This document shows, in pieces, positions 37,032 through 45,625 of a DNA stretch of 61,227 nucleotides. The stretch's first letter is position 1; the number at the start of each line of letters is the position of its first letter. The notes beneath the pieces are model-generated. The model worked only from the letters and a program-made list of their open reading frames with translations, ran no database searches and was not told the origin of the DNA. Both the position numbers and the translations under genes were made by a program. The stretch spans positions 1-61,227 of the forward strand of contig JBCCZA010000001.1 in NCBI GenBank assembly GCA_039188455.1, given 5' to 3'. Source of the stretch: Planctomycetota bacterium. GTDB taxonomy: Bacteria > Planctomycetota > Phycisphaerae > Phycisphaerales > Phycisphaeraceae.

Positions 37032-40004
37032 TCAGTCGAAGCTGGGGGAGACCGAGAAGCCGGCTCGGACCCAAGCGCTGATCTCCTTGGCGGACCACTT
37101 GGGGTTCCACTCGCCGCGGTCGCGGCTGCGGACCCGGTCGATCAACTCGTCGAACCCGCCGCCGTTGCCGAACTCGGCGACGTAACCGTGGTACCGACGT
37201 GACGGGTCGACCATGGGCACTTCCTGGCCGGTGACCTGGCTCTTGCCATTGACGAGGTTGTTGACCTCAAGCGAGATGCCGTCGCCCACGACCGGGTTGA
37301 TCACCACGCCGCGTCCGTCGTCCTTGGTCCAGTTCACGATGCGGTTGTGACGCACGACGATCGGATCGACGTTGTTCTGCCAGTAGTCGGGCTTGGCGTG
37401 CATGCCCGGCTGCGGGTTGTTGCTCTGGCGGTCGGTGAAGATGTTGTGCTCCACGGTCCCGCGTTTGGTGGCGTGGATCTCGTAACCCCAGCCACGCTGG
37501 TTCTGGCCACCGCCGATGTCGTCGGCCTCGGCGAAGACGTTGCGGCGGACGTAGGCCACGCCACCGTCCTGACCGCGACCCGCGTACACGCCCGAGGCGT
37601 TGCGGAGGAACAGGTTGTCTTCGATCGTGCCGCCGGGGCGGAGCTGCAGGCCGTGCGATGAGCCGCGAGTGATGATGTTGCCGATCACCACGCAGTCGCG
37701 CGAGCTGCTCTGCACGTAGATGTTGTGATTGAAGATCGTGCGCTGGTCGGGCGTCGCCCAGCCGTTGTGGTCGAAGACGTTCTCTTCGATTAATAGTCCT
37801 TCGATGCGATCGAGGTACGCGCCCTGCGAGTGACCGCCGCGGGGGAAGTTATCCACCACGATGTTGCGTCGCAGGCGGACGTCCTTGATCGCGCCTTGGA
37901 AGCCATTGATGTTGACGCCCGATTCGATGAACAGGCAGTCCTCGATGAGGATGTCTGTGCCCGGGGTGTGGTAATCGATGCCTTCGGCAAACTGGATACC
38001 CACCACGCGAAGGTGGTTGATCGTTCGAGTCTTGACCACGCGGAGGCGACCGAAGACTTTGGGACGCGGGCCTTCGCCGTACACGCCGATCACGATCGGA
38101 CGCTGCTCGGTCGACTTGCTCGTGGCGCCCTGGGGCATCTCGAGGTTCAGCCGGTTCTCGAACTTGTGGCCGGCGTGCAGGAGCATCGCGAAGGGCTGCC
38201 CGAACAGCGATTTGTTGAGCTCTTCGGCTCGCTCGAGCGTCTTGATCGCGGTCTCGGGTGTGGCGCCGTCGTTGGCGTCGTCACCGAGATTGCTCAGGTA
38301 AATCCGACGGACATCGGCCGGGATGTTGATGATCGACCAGCCCCACTCGTCGAGCCCATCGCGGTCGGCGTACAGGTCACCGGGCTCGGCGGGGGTGTCG
38401 TCCGCGTAGTCGTACTCGTCGTCGGCGTTGTCCGCGTCGTCCTCGGTGCCGTCTTCATCGGCGGGTTCATCCGAGGGGTCATCGGAGCTGTCGTCGGCGG
38501 GTTCGTTCGTATCGCCGTTGTCTCCGGCGTCGGTGGGATTGCCGTTGTCGCCGCCCGAACTGCCGCTCGAGCCGTCATTGTTGCCGCCGGAGTTGCCGCC
38601 GGAGCTGCCGTTGGAGCCATCGTTGTTGTTGCCGGAGTCGCCGCCCGAAGAACCACTCGAGGCGTCATCGCCGCCGTTGTCGTCGGAGCCGTCGTCACCC
38701 GCATCGGCCGGGGGCGAGACCAGGAAGCCGACCACGATCTCGTCGACCGTCTTGCCGCTGTCGTTCAGGGCGGTGATCTTCAGCGAGTAGTTGCCGGCCG
38801 AGAGGGTCGCGGGATTGAGCAGGCTGTTGTCGCCCTTGTAAACGTAGGGGGCGTGGTTCTCGCGGTGGTAGCCGGAGGTCGGGCCGCTGAGGCGGAAGTC
38901 GATCGACCGGGGCTGGCCGTTCGTGAGCCCGGCTTCGACCTTGGTCGGTGCGGTGAGCACTTGGCCGTTGGTCAGTCCGCTGAGCCAGAGCTCCGCGGGC
39001 GCGATTGGCTGAGGCTGATCGTCCGACGTGTCGTCGGCATCGTCTTGATCGTCGGCATCGCTTGGATCGCCGCTATCGTTGCCGTCCTGGCTGTTGTCGT
39101 TATCGCTGTCTTGATCGGCTGGCTCTGGGTCGTCATCGGATGAACCTTCGTCGCCGGAGGACTCGCCGCTGGAGCCGTTATCGTCGTCGTTGGTCGGCGT
39201 CGAGCCGATGCGGAAAGCGACCGTACGAGCCGCGAGTTTGCGACCGCCGCTATCGAAGGCCGTGGCCTTCATCGTGTACTCGCCGGCGGGGAACTGGCTG
39301 GGGTTGAGCTTGCTGTTGTCGCCCTTGAAGACGTACGGTTCGATCATCTCGCGGTGATTCGATCGGCGAGGGCCGCTGAGGCTGAAGTCGACGAAGTGGG
39401 CCTCGCCCTTGGTCACCACGGCCTCGACCTTCGCGGGCGAGGCGAGCACGCCGCCGGCTGGCAAGCCGCTCAAAGTCATCCCGAAGTCAACGCCGTCGTC
39501 TGGCGTCGGGGGAGTGTCCGTCTGGCCCTGGTCGTCGTTGTGCCCCGATCCGGCGTCGTTGACCGGCTCGGTGTCGCCTTCGTCTTCGGCAGGTGGCTGC
39601 GGGGATCGGTCCACGGAGAAGTCGATCGTCTCCATGGCGATGACCTGCCAAGAGCTATTGGCGACCTTGACGGTGACGCGGTAGTCGCCCTCGGGCAGGG
39701 CGTTTGGGTCGAGCAGGGCGTCGTCGCCGAACATCACATACGGCTCTCGCATCTCGATGTGCCGGCGGCTCGTCGGGCCCTGGAGCTCGAATCCCACGGC
39801 CCGCGTCTGCAGCGAATCGGCCACCACGGCTTCGACTTTCACGGCCGACGTGAGCACCTGTCCATCGGCGAGCCCGGTGACCGACAGGTTCTGCGCCGCT
39901 GTCGCCCCGGTCAGGCCAATGCCCAGCACACCGACCGCGAAGGCCCGACCCGCCAACCCGCGCGCCCGTGACGCGGCAAACTTCATCATCGTGGAGAACG
40001 TCAT
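37032..40004 (-). CDS. large secreted protein: signal peptide + 3 Ig-like repeats + acidic low-complexity linkers + C-terminal parallel beta-helix domain
   Basis: ATG 40004 follows AGGAG (8-nt spacer). Signal peptide MMKFAASRARGLAGRAFAVGVLGIGLTGATAAQ. The C-terminal 440 aa are paralogous to 9034..10575 (for example LIEENVFDHNGW...FNHNIYVQS...GLQLRPGG versus TIEESVFDHNGW...FNHNVYIQS...GLQMRPGG). Confidence 0.8.
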   Translation of the reverse strand: MTFSTMMKFAASRARGLAGRAFAVGVLGIGLTGATAAQNLSVTGLADGQVLTSAVKVEAVVADSLQTRAVGFELQGPTSRRHIEMREPYVMFGDDALLDPNALPEGDYRVTVKVANSSWQVIAMETIDFSVDRSPQPPAEDEGDTEPVNDAGSGHNDDQGQTDTPPTPDDGVDFGMTLSGLPAGGVLASPAKVEAVVTKGEAHFVDFSLSGPRRSNHREMIEPYVFKGDNSKLNPSQFPAGEYTMKATAFDSGGRKLAARTVAFRIGSTPTNDDDNGSSGESSGDEGSSDDDPEPADQDSDNDNSQDGNDSGDPSDADDQDDADDTSDDQPQPIAPAELWLSGLTNGQVLTAPTKVEAGLTNGQPRSIDFRLSGPTSGYHRENHAPYVYKGDNSLLNPATLSAGNYSLKITALNDSGKTVDEIVVGFLVSPPADAGDDGSDDNGGDDASSGSSGGDSGNNNDGSNGSSGGNSGGNNDGSSGSSGGDNGNPTDAGDNGDTNEPADDSSDDPSDEPADEDGTEDDADNADDEYDYADDTPAEPGDLYADRDGLDEWGWSIINIPADVRRIYLSNLGDDANDGATPETAIKTLERAEELNKSLFGQPFAMLLHAGHKFENRLNLEMPQGATSKSTEQRPIVIGVYGEGPRPKVFGRLRVVKTRTINHLRVVGIQFAEGIDYHTPGTDILIEDCLFIESGVNINGFQGAIKDVRLRRNIVVDNFPRGGHSQGAYLDRIEGLLIEENVFDHNGWATPDQRTIFNHNIYVQSSSRDCVVIGNIITRGSSHGLQLRPGGTIEDNLFLRNASGVYAGRGQDGGVAYVRRNVFAEADDIGGGQNQRGWGYEIHATKRGTVEHNIFTDRQSNNPQPGMHAKPDYWQNNVDPIVVRHNRIVNWTKDDGRGVVINPVVGDGISLEVNNLVNGKSQVTGQEVPMVDPSRRYHGYVAEFGNGGGFDELIDRVRSRDRGEWNPKWSAKEISAWVRAGFSVSPSFD
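38349..38717 (-). repeat. 123-codon D/S/G/N low-complexity tract with imperfect short DNA repeats
   Basis: Encodes PPADAGDDGSDDNGGDDASSGSSGGDSGNNNDGSNGSSGGNSGGNNDGSSGSSGGDNGNPTDAGDNGD...DDEYDYADD. The DNA shows reiterated GCCGCC(C/G)GA(A/G)(C/T)TGCC / GTTGTTGCC units. Confidence 0.8.
38718..39890 (-). repeat. three tandem ~92-aa protein repeats (Ig-like) inside 37032..40004
   Basis: Track-ORF residues 57-148, 193-285 and 356-447. They share L(S/T)GLxxGxVLxxxxKVEAxx...(V/I)xFxLxGPxxxxHRExxxPYVxKGDNxxLNPxxxxAGxYxxKxTAxxxxGK...VxF. Confidence 0.8.
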
Positions 40005-40356
40005 CACAGCAACTCCTGGCAATTCTTCCAATTCGCAACTGAGAGTCGGAAGCAGCATCGGAACCAGTTATTACCCGGACCACCTAACTGGACGCCGGCA
40101 GACTTTCCCGCTCTCGCCCCGGCACTACAACCGAGCGAGGTGTTACAGGTGTGCTCGAAGTCCGTAGCAACGACGTCCTCCGGCGATTCGATCGCCTCCA
40201 GCGAGTTGGAACAGGCCGCGAATCGGCGTCACGACTCCCCGGGGCCGGTTTCCGCTTGAAGTCGTTGGCCTGAGGTGTCTCGACCTGATTGATGCCGCAC
40301 CTCAGGACTGGTGTCGCCCGGAGCGAGGAGCAGCGAGATGTCAAGATGCATCGGGA

Positions 40357-41583
40357 TCAGGCCAGGCCGGCCCTGAGGAAGTACTCCATCAGTTCGTGGC
40401 CGTGGTCGACGCGGAGGTCGGATTCGTTGGCATTGGCCTCGGTGAAGGGGCGGTGCAGGACGCCTCGGACGCGGTGGCCGTAGATGAGGAAGGGCGGCGG
40501 CGTGGGGTCGTGCATGCGGGTGTCGCAGCGGGTGTAGTGGTCGGGCATGGCCATCACGCGGAACGGCTCGTCACGCTGCTCGAGGGCCGCGAGCAGGGGG
40601 GCGGCGACGTGCTGGTCGATGGCTTCGATCGCGGCGACCTTGGTCTTGGGGTCGCCGGCGTGGGCGGCCTCGTCGGGGGACTCGACGTGGACGACGACGA
40701 AGTCGAAGTCGTCGAGCGCGGCGATGGCGGAGCGGCCGGCGGCGGCGTAGTCGGTGTCGTGGTAGCTGGTCTGGCCGGGGGCGTCGATCCGGGCGAAGCC
40801 GATGAGACGGGCGATGCCGGCGAGCAGGTCGACGGCGGTGATCATGCCGCCGCGCAGGCCGTACTTGTCGGCGAAGGCGGGCAGGCTGGGGCGTCGGCCC
40901 TGACCCCACGGCCAGAGGTGGGTGGCCTCGGGCTCGCCGAGCTCGCGGCGGGCGGCGTTGATCTCGTGGTCGGCCAGCAGAGCGGCAGCGTCGTCGATGA
41001 GCCGGTTGAGCAGGTCGGCGTGGGGTGAGCCGACGGGGCGGTGCTTCTTGATCGGCTGACCGAGGATGTCGTGCGGGGCGGTGGTGTCGAGCTCGGCGTA
41101 GTCGCGCGGCGGCTGGCCGGGGGTGAGGTGGGCGATGTCCTGCAGGATGTTGCGGTACGAGACGCCCAGGTGCAGGGCCATGCCCGGCGGGGCGATCTCG
41201 CGGCGGACAGCGTCCAGCAGGGCGGCCGATTCTTGGCTGGAGATCGCGCCGGCGGAGTGGTCGATCATCTTGCCGTCGGCGACGGTGACCCAGTTGGCGC
41301 GGAAGACGGTGGTCAGGTCGTCGAGGTCCAGGCCGAGCGCGGCGGCCTCGAGCGGGGCGCGGCCGGTGTGATAGCGGGCGGGGTCGTAGCCGAGCAGGGA
41401 CATGGTGCAGATGTCCGAGCCGCAGGGCATGCCGGGGGGCGTGGTGGCGACCGTGCCTTGCCTGCCGTCGGTGGCGAGGCGGTCGAACGTGGGGGTCTCG
41501 GCGGCCTCGATCGGGGTCTTGCCGTCGAGGGCGTCGAGCGGGGCGTCGGCGGCGCCGTCGGGGAGGAGGAGGACGTACTTCAT
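40357..41583 (-). CDS. apgM: cofactor-independent phosphoglycerate mutase, ApgM type (alkaline-phosphatase superfamily; the family also contains proposed non-canonical homoserine kinases)
   Basis: MKYVLLLPDGAADAPLDALDGKTPIEAAETPTFDRLA, GMPCGSDICTMSLLGYDP, IDHSAG, FVVVHVESPDEAAHAGD, MPDH. Start ATG 41583. Confidence 0.75.
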   Translation of the reverse strand: MKYVLLLPDGAADAPLDALDGKTPIEAAETPTFDRLATDGRQGTVATTPPGMPCGSDICTMSLLGYDPARYHTGRAPLEAAALGLDLDDLTTVFRANWVTVADGKMIDHSAGAISSQESAALLDAVRREIAPPGMALHLGVSYRNILQDIAHLTPGQPPRDYAELDTTAPHDILGQPIKKHRPVGSPHADLLNRLIDDAAALLADHEINAARRELGEPEATHLWPWGQGRRPSLPAFADKYGLRGGMITAVDLLAGIARLIGFARIDAPGQTSYHDTDYAAAGRSAIAALDDFDFVVVHVESPDEAAHAGDPKTKVAAIEAIDQHVAAPLLAALEQRDEPFRVMAMPDHYTRCDTRMHDPTPPPFLIYGHRVRGVLHRPFTEANANESDLRVDHGHELMEYFLRAGLA

Positions 41584-41629
41584 GAGGTCGGGCACGATAC
41601 CGCGGTGCGGTGCGACGAGTCTCGGTTGC

Positions 41630-41710
41630 TTAGCTGCGACGCTACGCGTCGCTGAAGGACAGACGGGAGACCACCGCAACTCCTTCAGCGACGCGTAGCG
41701 TCGCGGCTAA
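41630..41710. repeat. 30-bp inverted repeat (29/30 complementary) around a 21-nt loop; each arm is itself a hairpin
   Basis: Left arm TTAGCTGCGACGCTACGCGTCGCTGAAGGA (41630..41659). Right arm TCCTTCAGCGACGCGTAGCGTCGCGGCTAA (41681..41710). Each arm contains GCGACGC-TAC/GTA-GCGTCGC. Lies between the MlaD-like stop (41734) and the apgM start (41583). Confidence 0.85.
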
Positions 41711-41733
41711 CGGCACATTGGCGCGTGCACACG

Positions 41734-42771
41734 CTAGAAGCTGATCTCGATGCCCTCGTCGCGCCACCGCTCGACGAGCAGTTCGAGGCGTTTGAGGACG
41801 AGGTTCATGCGCTCGGCGGCGTCCGTGAGGTTGTTGTAGAGGGCCGGATCGTTGAGGAGCTTGCCGGCGGTGCCGTCACCGGCGCGGGCCTTGTCGAGCA
41901 GGTCGCGTGCCGAGGTGACTGCGGCGGACAGGTCGTCGGCGGCGGCGACGTAGCGGGTTTCCAGGGCCTTGACCGAGGCCTTGATCTCGTCGACGGCGTC
42001 CTGGGCCTTGACCATCGTGTCGCGGCCGGCGGCGGTGAGCTGCTTGGCGTTGGCGACGGTGGCGCGGACGTCGTCGCGGAGCGTCTCGTCGTTGACGTAG
42101 TCGTTGATGCCGGCGATGGCTTGCTTGAGCTCGGCCATGCGGGCGTCGGCGCGGGCGATGACGGTGGCGATGTTGGCGGGGGCGCTGCCGTCGTCGACGT
42201 CCTCGACGGTGCGGGCGGCGGTGAGGGCCTGGATGTTGACGGCGACCTTGCGCCACTCGATGGCGAGCTGCTCGTATTTGTCGAGGAACCCGCCGATGCG
42301 TTTCAACGGACCGGAGATGGAATCGGCGAGGTCGCCGGCGATGGAGTCGAAGGGCGAGAGGACGCGGCCCTGGATCTTGGCCGAGCCGTCGGTGGGCAGG
42401 CGGGCGGCCGAGGGGTTGTGGTCGGAGACGAGCATTAGCTTGGCGCCGCCGATGAGGGCGTTGGTCATGACCTCGGCGTGGATGTCGGCGGGCAGGGAGA
42501 CCTTGCGTTCGACGTGGGCGACCATCTGCACGGACCCGCCGTTGGTGTTGGAGGTGAGCTCGACGGAGCGGATGTCGCCGATGTGGATGCCGCGGTAGCT
42601 GACGGCGGAGCCGCGGGACAGGCCGGCGGCGTCGGGCAGGTCGATGGTGATGGCGTACTTGGGGTTGAGGAAGGCGGGGACGTAGCCGAAGAGGACGAGC
42701 AAGAAGGCGAGGCCGACGAGCCCGCCGATGACGGTGAGGCCGACTGCCGTGTTGCGCTGGGCTTCGGTCAT
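41734..42771 (-). CDS. MCE/MlaD-family protein with long C-terminal helical region
   Basis: Start ATG 42771 (ATGA overlap with the ATPase stop). N-terminal TM (AVGLTVIGGLVGLAFLLVLF). MCE domain (YAITIDLPDAAGLSRGSAVSYRGIHIGDIRSVEL...ALIGGAKLMLV). The first 393 codons of the track ORF are an artefact. Confidence 0.8.
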   Translation of the reverse strand: MTEAQRNTAVGLTVIGGLVGLAFLLVLFGYVPAFLNPKYAITIDLPDAAGLSRGSAVSYRGIHIGDIRSVELTSNTNGGSVQMVAHVERKVSLPADIHAEVMTNALIGGAKLMLVSDHNPSAARLPTDGSAKIQGRVLSPFDSIAGDLADSISGPLKRIGGFLDKYEQLAIEWRKVAVNIQALTAARTVEDVDDGSAPANIATVIARADARMAELKQAIAGINDYVNDETLRDDVRATVANAKQLTAAGRDTMVKAQDAVDEIKASVKALETRYVAAADDLSAAVTSARDLLDKARAGDGTAGKLLNDPALYNNLTDAAERMNLVLKRLELLVERWRDEGIEISF

Positions 42772-43610
42772 GGCTGGGCGTGGGTGGCGGGGTTTGGCGT
42801 GACGCCGTCGGCGGTGGCGTCGGGATCGGGCGGGCGATAGGCGCGGATGGCCTCGATGTCTTCGGCGTCGGCCTGGCCGTGGATGAACCGCTGGACCCGG
42901 TCGTCCTGGCTCTGCTCGAAGGTCTCGGCGCTGCCGTCGGCGACGACGCGGCCATCGTAGAGCAGCACGAGCCGGTCGGCGACCTTGCGGGCCGAGGCCA
43001 TGTCGTGGGTGACGACGATGGAAGAGACATGGGCGCCGTGGCCGAGGGCGAGGATGAGCTCGTTGATGAGGTCGGCGCGGATGGGGTCCAGGCCGGTGGT
43101 GGGCTCGTCGTAGAGGATGAGCGAGGGGCGCAGGACGATGGCGCGGGCGAGGGCGACGCGTTTTTTCTGGCCGCCGGAGAGGGCGGCGGGCATCTTGCCG
43201 CCGACGCCGGGCAGGCCGACGGCGCGCAGGGCGTCCTCGACGCGGTCGGCTTTCTCGCTGCGGGAGAAGGTCGTGTGCTGATCGAGCGGGAAGCCGACAT
43301 TCTGGGCGACGGTGAGCGAGTCGAACAGAGCGCTCATCTGGAACAGGAACCCGACGCGGGTGCGGAGCTCGATGAGCTCGTTGCGGGTCATGGCGTTGAC
43401 GTCGCGGCCGTCGAAGAGGACCTGGCCGGCGTCGGGGCGGAGGAGGCGGACGATGTGCTTGAGCAGGACGGACTTGCCGGTGCCCGACGGGCCGAGGACG
43501 ACGGTGGTGTCGCCGCGCTTCAGGTCGAGCGAGAGATCGACGAGCACGTTGAGCGGGCCGAAGCTCTTGCTGACGTTTCGGAACGAGACAATGGGGTCGG
43601 CGTCGGTCAA
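42768..43610 (-). CDS. ABC transporter ATP-binding protein, MlaF-like
   Basis: Walker A GPSGTGKS, Q-loop, signature LSGGQKKRVALARA, Walker B LILYDEPTTGLD, H-loop VTHD. TTG 43610 in a TTGA overlap. Confidence 0.9.
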   Translation of the reverse strand: MTDADPIVSFRNVSKSFGPLNVLVDLSLDLKRGDTTVVLGPSGTGKSVLLKHIVRLLRPDAGQVLFDGRDVNAMTRNELIELRTRVGFLFQMSALFDSLTVAQNVGFPLDQHTTFSRSEKADRVEDALRAVGLPGVGGKMPAALSGGQKKRVALARAIVLRPSLILYDEPTTGLDPIRADLINELILALGHGAHVSSIVVTHDMASARKVADRLVLLYDGRVVADGSAETFEQSQDDRVQRFIHGQADAEDIEAIRAYRPPDPDATADGVTPNPATHAQP

Positions 43611-44332
43611 GGCAGGGGGTCGGCGGGGAGTTCGTCGTCGGCGGGCAGGTCCGAGGCGTCGGGCATCTGGGGCGGGGCGTCGTCGCTTGGGGCGGCGGGC
43701 GACTCGGGGGTCGCGGCCGGCTCGGGCGGTTGGGGCGTGTCCTCTTCGAGCGTAGCAGCGGGCGCGGTGTCTTGGTCGGGAGTCGGCGACGATTCGGTTG
43801 CGATTTCGTGATCGGCTCCGTCGTCGGCGATGGCGGCCATCTCAGCGGCCGCGCGGAGGTTGGGGTGGTACGCCTTGACGGCCGCGTCGGTGACCCAGGC
43901 CATGGACGCGATGCCGGCGATGCAGAGCAGCGACATGACGCCGCCGGCATACCGGCCGATGTCGCGCGGTCGCCACGCCGCCAGCCCGATGCTGACCAGC
44001 GCGAGCACCGCGATGCCGAGCAGCGGCCACGACCAGAACTCGGCCCGGCTTTGGTACCGCTGCAGCCACTCGTAGCTCACCGGGTCCATCGCTTGCTTGC
44101 GCGTCGCGTCGGCGTCAATCGCCTGCATCGTCGCCTCGCCCGAGTCCACGACCAGGGCGACCGAAGCGGTCGTGAGCAGCACGAGGACGAGCGAGACGAT
44201 GAGCACGCCGCGCCGCCCGATCGCTGTGGCGAGAAGCAGCGCGACGGTGGCGATGAGCAGGCCGGTCAGCGGCAGGTGGCTGACGGCGAGGTGAACCCGC
44301 TCGGGCGAGAGCCAGTCGTACAGGGTGTCCAT
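43607..44332 (-). CDS. hypothetical 4-TM membrane protein with acidic Pro-rich C-terminal tail
   Basis: Four hydrophobic helices (LTGLLIATVALLLATAI, VLIVSLVLVLLTTASVALVV, PLLGIAVLALVSIGLAAW, VMSLLCIAGIASMAWV), then PTPDQDTAPAATLEEDTPQPPEPAATPESPAAPSDDAPPQMPD. No family recognised; it is not MlaE-like. Confidence 0.6.
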   Translation of the reverse strand: MDTLYDWLSPERVHLAVSHLPLTGLLIATVALLLATAIGRRGVLIVSLVLVLLTTASVALVVDSGEATMQAIDADATRKQAMDPVSYEWLQRYQSRAEFWSWPLLGIAVLALVSIGLAAWRPRDIGRYAGGVMSLLCIAGIASMAWVTDAAVKAYHPNLRAAAEMAAIADDGADHEIATESSPTPDQDTAPAATLEEDTPQPPEPAATPESPAAPSDDAPPQMPDASDLPADDELPADPLP

Positions 44333-44378
44333 GTTGCCCCCAATCGAAGCGGTGGGTGATTGGCTGTGTGGCGAGCGG

Positions 44379-45527
44379 TCAGTCGCCCTCGAACACGTCT
44401 CGGACGCCGCGGACGACGGCGTCCTGCTGGTCGCGGGTCATCTCCGGGAAGATGGGGATCGACAGCACCTGCTCGCTGGCGGCCTCGGCCTCGGGGAACT
44501 GGCCTGGCTCGTAGCCGAGGCCGGCGAAGCAGGGCTGCAGGTGCATGGGCTTGGGGTAGTACACCTTGGAGGCGATGCCCTCGGCGGCGAGGTGTTCGCG
44601 GAGCGGGTCGCGCATGTTGGAGCGGACGCGGACGGTGTACTGATGGAAGGTGTGGTCGCGCTCGGGGGCCTCGAACGGGGTGATGACGGGTGTGTCCTCG
44701 AGGAGGCGGTGGTATCGCTCTGCGAGGCGCTTCCGATCGCGGTTGTACTCAGGCAGGTGCGGCAGCTTGAGGCGGAGCAGGGCGGCGTACAACGAGTCCA
44801 TGCGAAAGTTGCCGCCGAGGCGGTCGAACGTGACGCCGTCGCGCGTGCCGTGGTTGCGGAGGTAGCGGACGGACTCGGCGAGTTGGTCGTCGTTGGTGGT
44901 GATCGCGCCGCCGTCGCCGAGGCCCGAGAGGTTCTTGGTGGGGTAGAAGGAGAAGCAGCCGAGCTGGCCGATCGACCCGACGGGCTTGCCGTTGACCGAG
45001 GCCCCGATGGCCTGGGCGCAGTCCTCGACGATCGGCAGGCCGTGGGCGTCGGCGATGCGGGTGATCTCGGGCATGTTGGCCGGCAGGCCGAAGAGGTGGA
45101 CGGGGAGGATGGCCTTGGTGCGGTCTGTGATGACGCCCTCGATCATGCGGACGTCGAGGTTGAAGGTGCGGGGGTGGATGTCGACGAAGACGGGGACGGC
45201 GCCGAGGCGGGCGATGGTCGAGGCGGAGGAGAACCAGGTGAAGGGGGTGGTGATGACCTCGTCGCGGGGCTTGATGTCCAGGGCGAGCAGGGCGAGGGTG
45301 AGGGCGTCGGTGCCGGAGGAGACGCCGATGGCGTGCTTGACGCCGACGAACTCGGCGAGCTCGCGCTCGAACGCGTCGACCTCCTGGCCGAGGATGAACG
45401 CGCCTGACTTGAGGACGCGCTCGAAGGCGTCGCGGAAGTCGTCCATCAGCGGGGCGTGCTGGGCGACGGGGTCGACGAGGGGAACGTGCTGGGTCGCGGC
45501 GGCGGGCTTGGCGGGGGTGGTGGTCAT
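44379..45527 (-). CDS. DegT/DnrJ/EryC1/StrS family PLP-dependent sugar aminotransferase
   Basis: Start ATG 45527. ILGQEVDAFERELAEFVGVKHAIGVSSGTDALTLAL, FSFYPTKNLSGLGDGGAITT (PLP Lys), RNHG. The upstream 130 codons of the track ORF are Arg/Pro-rich artefact. Confidence 0.9.
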   Translation of the reverse strand: MTTTPAKPAAATQHVPLVDPVAQHAPLMDDFRDAFERVLKSGAFILGQEVDAFERELAEFVGVKHAIGVSSGTDALTLALLALDIKPRDEVITTPFTWFSSASTIARLGAVPVFVDIHPRTFNLDVRMIEGVITDRTKAILPVHLFGLPANMPEITRIADAHGLPIVEDCAQAIGASVNGKPVGSIGQLGCFSFYPTKNLSGLGDGGAITTNDDQLAESVRYLRNHGTRDGVTFDRLGGNFRMDSLYAALLRLKLPHLPEYNRDRKRLAERYHRLLEDTPVITPFEAPERDHTFHQYTVRVRSNMRDPLREHLAAEGIASKVYYPKPMHLQPCFAGLGYEPGQFPEAEAASEQVLSIPIFPEMTRDQQDAVVRGVRDVFEGD

Positions 45528-45625
45528 GGGATGCAGGCAGGCGGGGGACGTAGTGGTTGAGTGTAATGGCGGGGGCGGCTTGCGGTGTGTTAGTGGGTGG
45601 GCGGTTGGCAATGGTCGGCGCTGTG

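Noticed and set aside
38349-38717. Short reiterated DNA units that might be mistaken for a CRISPR-like or minisatellite array
   Set aside because: The units are imperfect, contiguous with no spacers, in frame, and translate to a continuous D/S/G/N linker inside a long ORF. This is a coding low-complexity tract, not an array.
40269-40306. 9-bp stem hairpin (CCTGAGGTG...CACCTCAGG, 20-nt loop), 51 nt downstream of the apgM stop, as a terminator
   Set aside because: It has a large loop and no U-tract on the minus strand. It may still matter as part of the 350-nt leader/promoter region of the 990-aa protein gene, but the evidence is too thin to call.
42772-43950. N-terminal 393 codons of the 738-aa ORF 41734..43950 (Pro/Arg-rich)
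   Set aside because: They overlap the MlaF-like ATPase and the 4-TM gene in another frame and have no domain-like sequence. The MCE protein starts at ATG 42771, which overlaps the ATPase stop.
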